From Piedraia hortae CBS 480.64 (Eukaryota): a stretch of 64,000 nt of DNA. The notes beneath the pieces are model-generated. The model worked only from the letters and a program-made list of their open reading frames with translations. It was not told the DNA's origin and did not search any database. The stretch's first letter is position 1. Every line of letters begins with the position of its first letter. The DNA is taken from the NCBI GenBank assembly GCA_010093745.1, contig MU005962.1, positions 62,001-126,000 on the forward strand. The letters are read 5' to 3'. Shown here in pieces: positions 21,647 through 33,905 of this stretch. The position numbers and the translations under genes were made by a program.

Positions 21647-23610
21647 ATGAAGCAGTTTGGCAATGTATACCTCATCGCGTGCATCTCCATCATTGGAGGT
21701 GGCCTTTTCGGCTTTGATATTTCCTCCATGAGCGCAATGTGAGAACATAGCTCATCAAGCCGCGATTCACGTGCTGACAAAACGCAGCATCGTTGGCAAA
21801 GGGTATTTGTGCTATTTCAGCCAAGGCGATGTACCCTGCAAAGGTCCAAGATCGAGTGTTCAAGGCGGCATTACAGCTTCCATGGCTGGAGGATCCTGGC
21901 TCGCGTCACTCTGTTCTGGCTTTCTCTCTGATGCTGTTGGGCGCAAAAGAGCCATAATGATCGGCGCTGTTATTTGGGTCATAGGGTGTATCATCGTCGC
22001 CGCCTCTCAAAATATTGCCATGCTCATCGTCGGCCGAATCATCAATGGATTCTGTGTAGGAATCTGCTCTGCTCAAGTGCCCGTATACATCAGCGAGGTT
22101 GCCCCGCCTAGCAAACGTGGGCGTCTCGTCGGTATGCAGCAATGGGCCATTACATGGGGGATCCTCATCATGTTTTAGTAAGTCTGTCCATGGATTTGGA
22201 AGATGCAGCTAACGGTTCCTCAGCATAAGTTACGGCTGTAGCTTTATCAAGGGCACGGCATCATTCAGAGTTCCATGGGCTCTTCAGATGATTCCGGCCA
22301 TCTGCTTGTTCCTGGGAATGATAGTCCTCCCCGAAAGCCCGCGCTGGCTAGCATCAAAGAATCGTTGGGTATGTTCATTATAACCCAAACTTAAACCATT
22401 AACAATCAAATAGGACGAGTGTGAGAAGGTATTGGCCCTAACGCATGGCCACAACGACCGAAATAGCCCGTTTGTCCAGCGTGAGCTGCAGGAAATCAAA
22501 GAGTGGCTCGCGGTCGAGAGACAAAGCAAGGAGATTAGCTACCTCACCCTCTTCACGCCCCGTTACATCAATCGCACTCACATCGGCCTGTTCACTCAAA
22601 TCTGGTCCCAGTTGACGGGCATGAATGTGACCATGGTAAGATTTTCTGAGGCAACTGAAAAACATTTGCTGATAAGTGGGGGTTTAGTATTACATCACCT
22701 ACGTCTTCACCATGGCTGGGCTGAGCGGCAACATGCTCCTGGTCTCATCATCCATCCAGTACGTTATCAACGTCATCATGACCATCCCTGCACTCCTCTG
22801 GGTGGACCGCCTTGGTCGTCGGCCAACCCTCCTCGTTGGGTCCATGCTGATGGGCACATGGCTGTTCATCAACGCGGGCATCCTTGGTGGCAAAGGTCAA
22901 TATGTACCGGACGGTGTCGAGGGAATCAAAGAAGCCAAGGTTAGAGTCACCGGACCTGCCTCAAAGGCGGTTATTGCATGTTCATATCTATTTGTGGCAT
23001 CCTACGCTCCGACCTGGGGGCCCGTCAGTTGGATCTGTAAGTGTATCACTGATTGTTTTAGGATCGGCATTGACTGAGAAATCTAGACCCGCCAGAACTG
23101 TATCCCAACCAGCTTCGCGGCAAGGCCGTGGCCTTGGCAACATCTGGAAACTGGGCCTTTAACTTCGCGTTGTAAGTGGTTGACTTCGTCTTCAGACCAA
23201 TGCTAACTGTCAAAAGGGGATACTTTGTACCGCCAGCCTGTAAGTCTTGATGTTTCCCAAAGCGATTTAACGCTAACTATGAACAGTCGAGAACATTACA
23301 TGGAAGACCTACATCATCTTCGGCGTGTTTTGCGTGGCCATGACCATTCACGTCTACTTTGTGAGTCATGCTGTTTTGATGGTCATGAAGGCAAAACTGA
23401 TTCAACTAGATGTTCCCCGAGACCGCAGGAAAGCCCTTGGAAGAGGTCACGGAAATGTTTGAAACCCCCAACGGAATCAAATACATTGGTGTCCCAGCGT
23501 GGAAGACTAAGGGCTATCACTCTGAAGCAACCCGTTTGGAGAAAGGAGAAGTCTCGGATAAGCCGGCTGACAATGCTGCTATCGATCACAACGAGAAGGT
23601 GGATGTGTAA
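21647..23610 (+). CDS. Sugar porter (high-affinity glucose transporter HGT1-like), about 9 exons
   Basis: MKQFGNVYLIACISIIGGGLFGFDISSMSA..., SDAVGRKR, PVYISEVAP, PESPRWL, QIWSQLTGMN, DRLGRR, PTWGPVSWIYPPELYP, FPETAGKPLEE. Eight short GT-AG introns, including one micro-exon near 23217-23239. Confidence 0.92.
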
Positions 23611-23782
23611 GTGCTGATAATCCATGTGTAAGTAGTTGAGTGTGAGGTTCTCTTTAACAATCACCGTCCAATGGTCATCCTTGCACTGGCGTTTGATGGG
23701 TTGATCCCGGGTCTGCTTAGTCATCGTCGCGCGCGACGCGCCAAACGCGCCTGGCGCCATTTCGCCATTAACGAACCTGATC

Positions 23783-26700
23783 ATGGCCGAAATCGTTGCA
23801 TCAGCCGGTGCAGGCGCCATGGTACCCAACAAACGTGCGCTACGTGAATCCGGTCCTACCCGTACCAACCAACAAATCACACCGTCGAAGAAACGAAAGT
23901 TGGAAGACGGCGATGGAGTGAAAGTGTCCAAGAAGCCGCCAAATGGCTTGTCGCAACAGAAGAGCCATTTCGAAGCAGAAGTGCTTGAGAAGTTGACGCA
24001 GGACATTGACACGCTGAAGCAAAAGAATGGAGAAAAGGACCAGCGCTGGGCTCGGCCGCCTCTGGATGATTTCAATGAGAAAACGGACAGATTGACGTTC
24101 CAGGCGATTGAGACGGAAGAAGGAACGGTTCAGGGCGGCAAGACAGCAGTGAAGCTCTTCGGCGTAACGGAGACGGGGCATTCGGTACTGCTGCATGTCA
24201 CAGACTTCCAGCACTACCTCTATGTCGCCGCTCCTGTATCGTTTACGAAGTCCGACGTAGAGCCGTTCAAAGCGTTTCTGGAAACCAGCATGGGGGGACA
24301 CCAGGCTGCCATATCCAGCATCCAAATGGTTCTCCGCGAGAATTTGTTTGGTTTCCAGGGCAATCAGAAGAGCCCTTATCTAAAAATCACAGTGACGGAT
24401 CCAAAGCAAATCAACCGTCTGCGAACCACTATTGAGAGTGGCAATGCCAATTACAAGGGGCTGTGGAAGGCGGCTGAGGGCGGGGTGCTTACTTTTGACA
24501 GCATCCAGTATATTCTCCGCTTCATGATCGACACGGGCATCATGGGAATGAGCTGGGTCAGCGTGGATCCGCAAAATTACCGCATCATGCCAGCGTCTGA
24601 GCGGCAAAGTCACTGCCAGATTGAAGCTATGTGCCACTACAAAGGCCTGATTGCCCATCCCATCGACGGGGAGTATGCCAAAATGGCTCCTCTTCGCATC
24701 CTTTCATTTGATATCGAGTGCGCTGGACGCAAAGGAGTCTTCCCCGAAGCCAACATTGACCCAGTTATCCAGATCGCAAACGTCGTAAGCCGGTACGGCG
24801 AGGAGAAGCCATTTGTGCGAAATGTGTTTTGCATGGACACCTGCTCCCTGATCGTCAATACGCAGGTCTTTGAGTTTCGTTCGGAAGCTGAAATGCTTTT
24901 AAAGTGGAGGGACTTTGTCGAGGAAGTTGATCCGGATGTTATCATCGGGTACAACATCTGCAACTTTGACTTTCCATATCTACTTGATCGTGCTGCACAC
25001 TTGAAGGTGCAGCGGTTTCCATATTGGTCACGGCTGAAGAACGTTCGGTCATATGCTCGCGATACGAACTTTTCGTCAAAGCAGATGGGCAACAGAGATA
25101 CAAAGGCCACCAACACAAACGGACGCCTTCAGTTGGATCTCCTGCAGCTTGTCCAGAGAGACTACCAGTTGCGTTCTTATACGCTGAACAGTGTGAGTGC
25201 ACACTTTTTAAAGGAACAAAAGGAGGATGTGCACCACACCATGATCACGGAATTGTACAATGGTACGCCGGAGAGTCGACGACGTCTTGCCGTCTACTGC
25301 CTCAAAGATGCCTACCTACCGCAGCGACTACTGGATAAGCTGATGTGTTTGGTCAACTATACCGAAATGGCTCGTGTCACTGGCGTGCCTTTCAACTTTC
25401 TGCTCTCCAAAGGTCAGCAGATCAAGTTCATCTCGCAGCTTTTCCGCAAGGCATTGGAGCAGCAGCTCGTGATTCCCAACCTCAAGTCGGAAGCTTCAGA
25501 CGAGCAGTATGAAGGTGCCACGGTCATTGAGCCCACTAGGGGGTATTATGATGTCCCAATAGCGACACTGGATTTCGCCTCGTTGTATCCGTCCATCATG
25601 CAGGCTCACAATCTGTGCTACACAACGCTATTGAACAAGAACGCCATTGAGAAGCTGGAGCTGAAGAAGGATGAAGATTACATCCAAACGCCTAACGGTG
25701 ATTTTTTCTGCACCACAAAGGTGCGCAAAGGTTTGCTGTCGCAGATTCTAGAGGAGCTTTTGAGCGCACGAAAACGTGCCAAGAAGGAGCTGGCAGTTGA
25801 AAAGGATCCGTTCAAAAAAGCGGTGTTGAACGGTCGTCAGCTTGCGTTGAAGGTCAGCGCAAACTCGGTGTACGGATTGACGGGAGCAACTGTGGGTAAG
25901 CTGCCGTGTCTGGCCATTGCTTCAAGTACGACGAGCTATGGGCGTCAGATGATCGAGAAGACCAAGGAAGAGGTGGAGAAGCGATACACGATTGCCAATG
26001 GCTACAGTCACGATGCACAGGTCATCTACGGCGATACCGACTCCGTCATGGTCAAGTTCGGCCCAAAAGACCTGGCAAAGGCCATGGAACTCGGGCAGGA
26101 GGCCGCAGACTTCGTCTCCAGCAAGTTCATCGCGCCTATCAAATTGGAGTTCGAGAAGGTGTACTTTCCATATCTGCTTATCAACAAGAAGCGGTATGCT
26201 GGTCTGTTTTGGACAAACACGGAAAAGTACGACAAGATGGACACAAAGGGTATCGAGACCGTGCGTCGAGACAACTGTCGCCTGGTGCAGACGGTGATTG
26301 AGACGGTCCTACGCATGCTGCTGATCGACCAAGATCAGCAGGGTGCTCAAGAGTAAGCGCCCCGTGCCTTTCCTTTGTACGGCATCGCTAACGACGGGGT
26401 AGCTACATCAAGGAAACAATTTCGGAGCTGTTGCAGAACAAGATTGACATGTCGAACCTTGTCATCACCAAGGCATTGTCAAAATCAGACTATGCGGCTA
26501 AGCAAGCTCATACCGAGCTCGCGGAGCGTATGCGGAAGCGTGATGCCGGGTCTGCCCCCGCCCTAGGTGACCGGGTGGCGTATGTGATGATCAAAGGATC
26601 GGCGGGTAGCAAAGGGTACGAAAAGTCCGAGGACCCAATGTACGTGCTGGAGCACAACCTGCCGATTGACACAAAGTATTACCTGGAAAATCAACTGGCC

Positions 26701-27141
26701 AAGCCGTTGGGACGCATTTTCGAGCCGATCCTGGGGCCTAAGAAGGCGGGGTCGCTCCTAACGGGGGAGCACACGCGCAGCATAGCCGTCTCGGCACCAA
26801 CCATGGGCGGCTTGATGAAGTATGCTACAAAGACAGAGACGTGTCTGGGCTGCAAGAAACCGTTGACATCGGCCGAGGAAAAGGGCGGTGCGGTAGGGCG
26901 CGAGTGCGAGCACCGGTTCGGCGAGCTGTACCAGCGTTCGCTCGGCAAGATGGCCGAGCTCGAGGTTCGCTTTGCGCGCCTCTGGACCCAGTGCCAACGG
27001 TGTCAGGGCAGCATGCACAACGAAGTCATCTGCTCGAGCCGCGACTGTCCGATTTTCTACATGCGCATGAAAGCGAAGAAGGATGTGGAAGAGGCAGGCA
27101 AGGAGCTGACGCGATTCGATCGCGACGCATGTCTATGGTGA
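23783..27141 (+). CDS. POL3: DNA polymerase delta catalytic subunit, 2 exons
   Basis: Exo [30 protein letters not shown] and C-terminal CysB (CQRC...C..RDCPIFY). Intron 26353-26402. Confidence 0.98.
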
Positions 27142-28107
27142 ACGTGTTCTATTCTCGCGTTGCTGCACCGGCAAGCCTCGGGGCGCCGTGAGGCATATCC
27201 GGGGCCGGATAGGAGACGGCGGGGGTTTGTGCTACCGTTTTTATTTGACAGGGTCTATTGGAAGCCTTTTTGGGCAGACTAGGCTGTACGGGCCGGGGGG
27301 ACTGAACGGGGATGTGGCGTCAACGCCTGCGGTAGCGCGACCGGGTGCTGCGCGACCATGCCATGCCACCTGGCTGGCTGCACAAGACATGCTGCACGCC
27401 GCATGGCGTGCGGGGGCACTGTTGTTCGCGTGGGTTTACCGTACGCCGGCCGTGATTGGCCCATTCAATGTTTATACTCTGTATGCGCACTTGGTGCAGG
27501 GAGCGCTACCTGGTGGGCCTTGGACAGGACGCCTGGCCCCTGGTGCATCTCGGAACAGGGGCCAGACTCAGCCTGTCAAAGAAGGGGGACGTGATGCAAT
27601 TGAATTGACAATGGCACAGCACTATGATATAAGCACCACACGCTCGCGCGCTCCCAGACACACAGGCAACAAGCGCACACTCAAAACCTACAGCTCAACG
27701 CACCGCCAATGACGTGCCTGGGAAAGAGTTGCACGCGCTGACGCTAAATTCCGAACCCTAAGCCGGGACCCCCTGTCCGAGGGTCGCATCCCACGCTTGG
27801 GCCCCCCCTTCGCCCAACGACACTTCCCTTTTTCACCTCTCGCTCCTTCTTGTTCATCGTCCCTCAAATTGCTGTTCTTCCATTCGTTTATATTATCAGC
27901 TGAAGAAGATCGCCAGACCCCTCTGATCCCCCGCTTCTTTCTCTCTCTGAGCCATTTTTCCGGTCCGTCACTCCTTTCGGGCCGCGTCTTTCCTTTGGCC
28001 ACTATTTCCAATTCTACGACATCTGTTTGAACGACGCAGCGAATTTCCGCTATATCTAAGTCCCGGTGACCTATCATCTCATCTCACGATTCACGAAATT
28101 CTGCGCC

Positions 28108-29753
28108 ATGGCTGATGTCATGCCCCCTCCTGTACGGCCGTCGAGGAGTCTGGTGCAAGAAGATATCAAGCCGCGCATGCGCTCGGCAGACTCGCACGGC
28201 TCCCACATGTCCCGACGGCCGCCGCGAAAGAGCACATTGACACAGCAACAGAGGAATCAGAAGCGACAGCGGGCAACACAGGATCAGCTGGTCACGCTGG
28301 AGATGGAGTTTGAGAAGAACCCTACACCTACAGCGATTGTGAGGGAGCGCATCGCGCAGGAGATCAATATGACTGAGCGGTCGGTTCAGATCTGGTTCCA
28401 GAACAGGTGAGTTTGGCGGCTTTTGCCGAATCAGGCTGAGGCTGACCCTGCCTAAGGCGGGCAAAAATCAAGAACTTGGCCAAGAGGAGCATTGAGAGCG
28501 GTGAGGATTGTGACAATATCCCCGAGTCAATGCGCCAGTATCTTGCCAACCAAGCATACGGTCCTGGCAAAGGATTGGGTGCCGGGCTCTTGGGTCGCTC
28601 GGCTGCCGGCTACGGTCCACTGGGTATGTTGAACCCCGAGCTGGCCGGTGGCAAGGTGGTCATTCAGCATTTTTCATGCCGCTGTTTGTCCATTGGAAGC
28701 TGGCGTCGCGTCGGCCAGAGTACGATGGATCTGGTCATCTTCTACTCTCCCGACAAGGCCTGCATCACCTACTACATCAACAACGAGAACCACGGCTACA
28801 AGATTGAATTCATGTTTGCGTGGATCAAAAACATCTCGCTCGAACAGGGCGAGGTGATGACGGCGGCCGAGGGCGCATCGCAGCGTATGGGAGAGTTGAT
28901 AATTGAGCTCACGCGTCCACCCAAGTTCTACATGGATAACTCCGGAACCGGCGGCTTCTACGAGTGCGGGGACTTTACCGAGGACCAGCAGGCTAGCCAC
29001 GTCCTGGTGCACCATCTCAGCGGTCCGTCGAATGTGCTGAGCGGTCAACTGGCGAAGCTTGTGTCGTTGGAATCATACCAGAACCGCCACGTTCTGGAGC
29101 CAGCTCCTGTGCCGTTCTCTGAAACGCCCATGAGACCAGCCAGCCAGCCTAATCATATGGTCAACCCGAATTTGTTCCCGGAGCCTGCGGAAATGGTCAT
29201 GCAGCCGCCGCCCCGGGGTCACAAACGCCAGCGCAGTTTATCTGTCCCTGCGGCCATCGACCTCTCGCTGATTCGAAATCCGATGCCAACCTTCCTCATT
29301 CATCCCGAGCATCCAGAGTCCCAACAGATGCAACCGGTGCAGCCAGTGCAGTCTGTCATGCCAGATCCGACCATCTTTGCGCCGATCCCGCAACACGGCG
29401 CTTTTGGCCTCAGCATCGACACGTCTGTCGGCTACAACTTTTCTCACCTCTACAACGGGCCTATATCGGCCACGACGGTCAATTCTCCCAGCGAGTTTGG
29501 CACTCCGGCATTTATGACCTCGGTGCCCATGGATGAGGCCTTGTCTGCCAATTTCCATACACCGTTGCCGCATGATCCATATCTCCATGTCGATCCATCG
29601 GTTATGCTCGGCACAAGTGCAACACCGATATCCGTTACCAGCCACGGCCCCATGATCGCCGACTATTCGCCCCCGCTTGGAGCCAGCCATCAAACCCCAG
29701 ATCTCGATACACCCGACCGATCTCACTTTGGCGATGAGAGCATCTACCTGTGA
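28108..29753 (+). CDS. Homeobox transcription factor (Pho2/Phx1-like); frame continues past the TGA to 30044
   Basis: Homeodomain KRQRATQDQLVTLEMEF...MTERSVQIWFQNR|RAKIK with intron 28407-28456. Conserved fungal blocks LSIGSWRRVG and GHKRQRS. Confidence 0.9.
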
Positions 29754-31599
29754 GAGTCTCTCAATAAGCAGATGACCCTGCCAATCCACAGTCCGCTCTC
29801 GGAACGGGCAACTTACCACTCTCCGGTTGCCGCTGGTCCTTTTGACTTTCAATCTCCGCCATCAAACACTTCGCAACCGGTAATGATGGATCACTTGGAT
29901 CTCAGCGCAACGGCACCGGTCACGACGTCGTCACAACCCAACGGTGAAGCGTACGACCTCACAGCCGGCGCAGACGGCACACCATATAGTTCAGCACCGA
30001 GACAAAACGTTTTTGACGCGCTCGATTGGGATCAAAGAGCGTAATGTGAAGACAACACACTATACGAACGGGACACATGCATGATGAAATCCGGCAGTGA
30101 CGGCGTATTCTTACTCTTTCGAACTGTAATCTTTGCCTGGGGGGAAGTGATGATTTTTTTTTGTTGGATTTTTGGTGAGGGGTTTGTGGAGGATTATAGT
30201 GTTAGGATACCCAGATATTTGAAGTGAATTTTGATCATTTACAGAGATCCTGAGGAGGGGGAACAGTGATGGGGGAGAAAGTGACCTTTGCTTCGTCTAG
30301 GCCTGGACTGTGCTATACATGGCAATTGTGTTTGCTGCTCTCTTGTGCGATCTGAGCCGTACGAAACTAGGACATGCTGGCCGGGTCAAAGGTGATTAGG
30401 TCATCTTCCTCGTATGGCCATTACCGTGCTCTCCACATGATAGTGGTATGGGTTATTCAATGCCTTGACATGTGCATTCAAAATCATACCGGAATATCTG
30501 GTCCTCCGGTATACCCACTCTTGACTACGAGAGGGCGACGAAGTCCTTCCTAGCGTCTGTTTCTATAATCGCCAGTCAAACGGGCGGATATGGGAGGTTC
30601 GTAATCTGTTCTTGGTGGTCTTTTCTTCTTTCTTGCCCTTGAGACACAAAACAGAGATGGCGATTTGGGCGTCATCTTCTTCACGCCTCTCCAGGCCATC
30701 CAGCCTGTTGATCACGTCAGCGCTCCCAGCCCTTGGCATTTGTGTCACGGGGGTAATGCTGAGTTGGTGAAAAAGAGCTGAGATTTGGCGATTTGACATC
30801 TTGTAGCGACCTCGCCCATTCTACCAGAAACCGCAGGTCGTTTGGCGCCATTTCTTCGCGAGCGGTCTGAGTAGTTTTCGATCAGCGGCCGAAGGTAGCC
30901 TGCGGCTTCTACGTATTGTTAACAGGAGCTGCCTCTCGCTTTTTCCATACCCACTGCCATGCCTGACTTGGAGATGCGAAATCCCAGAAGGTCCGACTGT
31001 ATCCCATCAACACTTCTTGGGTTCAGTAGTAGACCGTATTCCACGGCCCTCATGAGAAACACCAAGGACGGATCGTCCTTGCAACGCTCTCACAGTACTT
31101 TGCCTTTGTATTTTTAACCCTGCTGTTATTCCAGAGTTTAACGCAAGCCTCCGCCAGTCCATCCTTATCTAAACGATGAAATGCAGGACATCGTTGATTA
31201 GTCCGCTGAGTCGGCCGCATCGACTAAATCGCAACTAGTGATTCCTCTCGAGAATGCATCCGCCTCAGAAACTCCGAAGCATTGTCGGACGCAGGTAAGA
31301 GCTTGGCCTCGGTGGTAGATTTTGCGACCGTGCTGCTCGCTATTGCATAGGCCCGTCGAGGATACGAATTCTTCGTGGGCAATGGGATATTATCTATAGA
31401 TTTTGAGACTATGCTTTGCAGTTTCCATTGCACAGCCACAGATCTCTGTCGATGAGTATCAGGCTTCGGCTTGGAATCGGTGAGGATATTTAACCACCGT
31501 GAGTCAATCTTTGGTTCATTTTCATGCTGAGTGTGTCCTTGTGCAATCTCGTCGGACGCAGGTGCAGCAGCTTTGCTTGTCTGTAACCTGGTGCGAAAA

Positions 31600-31900
31600 G
31601 TTGATGTATGACTCCGGAGGCAATTTGTGCTATCTCGATGGCCTGAATGATTGTATCGTAAGCATTGCTCTGTCTGGTATTCAGCAACAGAATTTGCTAC
31701 TCCGACTGCTCAATCCAGTCCTAAGCCCTCTCGCGGCCGTAAGAGGGTTGGCATTGGCATCTGCCCAGGAAAGAAGGTAACCAGACAGTATCAAATCGCC
31801 CAGCTTTTTTCCACACTACATCAGCGCTACAGTGCGGGTTTACGAATCCCGGAGGGGTTCCAGTCACCGGCAACTCATGGATGCGAGATTAAAATGTACT
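31600..31900 (-). mobile_element. Decayed Helitron Rep/Pif1-helicase fragment (region just N-terminal to the helicase Walker A)
   Basis: Frameshifted pieces PPGFVNPH.., CGKKLGDL, W..ANANPLTAA(E)RA*D and LLNTRQSNAYDTIIQAIE resemble Helitron GKxLxDFxLP...NPLIxxExxYD...LNxxQxxAYDxIxxAI. Walker A itself is not recoverable. Confidence 0.5.
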
Positions 31901-32172
31901 CTTGAACTCTTTCATGATCCATCATATCGCTAAAAACCAGGGCTGAGATGAAGAATTTCCGCAGAGTTGAAAACGGACTCGCCTCGGCGAAGCAGTCGGC
32001 ACATTGGCCGTCACCTTAGAGTAAGCGCAGTGAAACGGGCTTCTGGAAAGAGCGGTGGTAAATTTTTCAATCAACTCCAGTCTCGATTCCTGGGGAGAGG
32101 AATGGCAAAAATAAAAAAAAAGATGAGGTTTGAGAGCATTGGAGCCATGATTATGGCTTTTCAATTAGGAAT

Positions 32173-32280
32173 AGCCGAAGGCGGGGCTCGAACCCGCGAC
32201 CTTGAGGTTACTGTTCTAAGGATAGAACATACTCCTAGTGAACTAAGAGCCACACGCTCTACCGATTGAGCTACCCCGGC
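32173..32280 (-). tRNA. tRNA-Lys(CTT) with an intron of about 35 nt
   Basis: GCCGGGG acceptor pairs with CTTCGGC. D arm TAGCTCAATCGGTAGAGC, anticodon loop CT-CTT-A, intron at the canonical 37/38 position, T arm GCGGGTTCGAGCCCCGC. Confidence 0.92.
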
Positions 32281-32974
32281 GGCCTGTGCTACCTCACGGA
32301 GAACTAGTCAGTAATTACAATATATATAGATAAACTTTCAGCTCGTGCCATTCTTTTTTGAAAAAAGTTTGAAGCAAGTGCAATAACGGTAAGACAGACG
32401 CTTTGTAGCGCAACTTCAAGCAAGCGATGTTATCATCTGCTTGAAGCAGGGAGATATTAGCCCGGAAGGGAGATATCTTCGGCAAATGTGACGTCAATGG
32501 TGTGGATCGAAACTTACGCACGAGCCATTCTTCACGCATTTTGGCGCACCGCCAATTTCCGAGTGACTTCTCCAAACTCTCATAGCGTTGGTTGATTCGT
32601 TCAAGGTTTTTGTGTTTATTCTAGGGGGAAGTCCTTCGATGTAAAGCACCCGACAAGCGGAGTAGCATTTAGTGACTGCTGAGAGGCCGATAAGCTCCTG
32701 TTGCCATTGCTGCTCCTACTCTTCCTTGTGGAGACCGCAGGACAACCAGCCTCATCCGACTTTTTTTAGGTGGTGTTGGCATGCGTATATGATTGTGCGC
32801 TCGCCCGGACGTTTTAATGGGTTTGATGCGCTATCTCTACGGGATTTCTACTGGGCATATGTATTAAATGTTCACACAATTCAAAGTGTCTTATAGACAA
32901 GCATGACCAATCCTTCGAGACTTACTGTGGCTACAACTTCAGCAATCTGGTTTGCGTCTTGATAATCGGAGGAA

Positions 32975-33905
32975 CACTCACTGAGTGGCCATCACCTCTG
33001 TCCCATCCAGCTTTGTTGGTTGGGATGCATTCAAGACGCCAGCGCTAACCCTTGACGGGGTCAAACAACATGACGCTCTGTCGATCTTGAGGGCTTTCGG
33101 AAAGTCTGCTCAGCATAACAGTTCACGACAACCAAGCAACACATTTCGACCTGAGGGATAACTGGCACTTCCAGATGCGCGCCCCCGGGTACCGCAACCA
33201 GTCCCATCCAACAAAGCTGGATGGGACGCATATAGCCTTGACGAATTTCTAGTCCCTGACGCTTGACGGGACTCCATAACATAGCGCTCTGTCGGCTCTG
33301 TGGGTTTTTCAAGAGATAACAAGGTTAGCAGAGACTTCAGGATAACCGGAACAACTATAATGTTACCAAAGGGATAACAGACACTTCCAGTTGTGTACCT
33401 ACGGGGTATTGCAACCTGTACCATCCAGCTATGCTGCGTTGGGATACGATCAGACGACACCCATAATCTGCAGATCTCTGATATCGTAGGACCTCCCCGC
33501 GAGAGGTATTTGAAACACATCAAGGAGACCTGTCGGCACAGACAAATGGAGTACCCACCCAGTATCCTTTTCCTGGGTGGCCGACACCTCCTGTAATCCC
33601 TAGTCTCGGGATCAGCTGTCCCATCCAGCATGATGCTGTGTTAGGATGCTATCGGACGACATGCCAACCCCTATCTTGTAGGATTACAAATCGCTTACAA
33701 GTCATATAAGGTGACACGGACATTTCGTCACGACCAAGAGAGAGCTCACCACGAGGAGTATGGGGGAAAACACGGAAGCGAGAAGAACCGACAAATTAAG
33801 TACCCACCTAGTAGTCTGCCTGGGTGGCCGAAACTTCCTGATGTCCTTACCCAGGGACACCAGTCCCACCCAGTTTCTACACTGCATTGGGATGCACCCG
33901 CACCT
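32975..33905. repeat. Diverged tandem array of five structured units spaced about 200-245 bp apart (hairpin - GAMACYTCC - hairpin - TCCCAYCC..TGGGA hairpin)
   Basis: Core GT(C/A)CCAYCCA recurs at about 33000, 33201, 33418, 33618 and 33863. Upstream CACTTCC/CACCTCC/AACTTCC motifs and self-complementary arms are present in each unit. Confidence 0.8.

Noticed and set aside
32975..33905. Array as hammerhead, HDV-like or twister ribozymes
   Set aside because: One unit has GAAAC...GTC and several have a downstream (C/T)NGACGA, but none has a canonical CUGANGA correctly placed with stem II. The HDV P1/P2 pseudoknot and twister T1/T2 pairings could not be built. Left as unassigned.
32975..33905. Array as a decayed repeat-protein gene (GWPxLP...SHPxxLxWDA)
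   Set aside because: A peptide motif can be read in pieces, but inter-motif distances are mostly not multiples of three and indels fall in hairpin loops. Disfavoured but not fully excluded.
32975..33905. CRISPR array or telomerase RNA
   Set aside because: The context is eukaryotic with no cas genes, and the repeats are long and divergent. No full TAACCCTAA-type template is present (only CTAACCCTT at about 33045).
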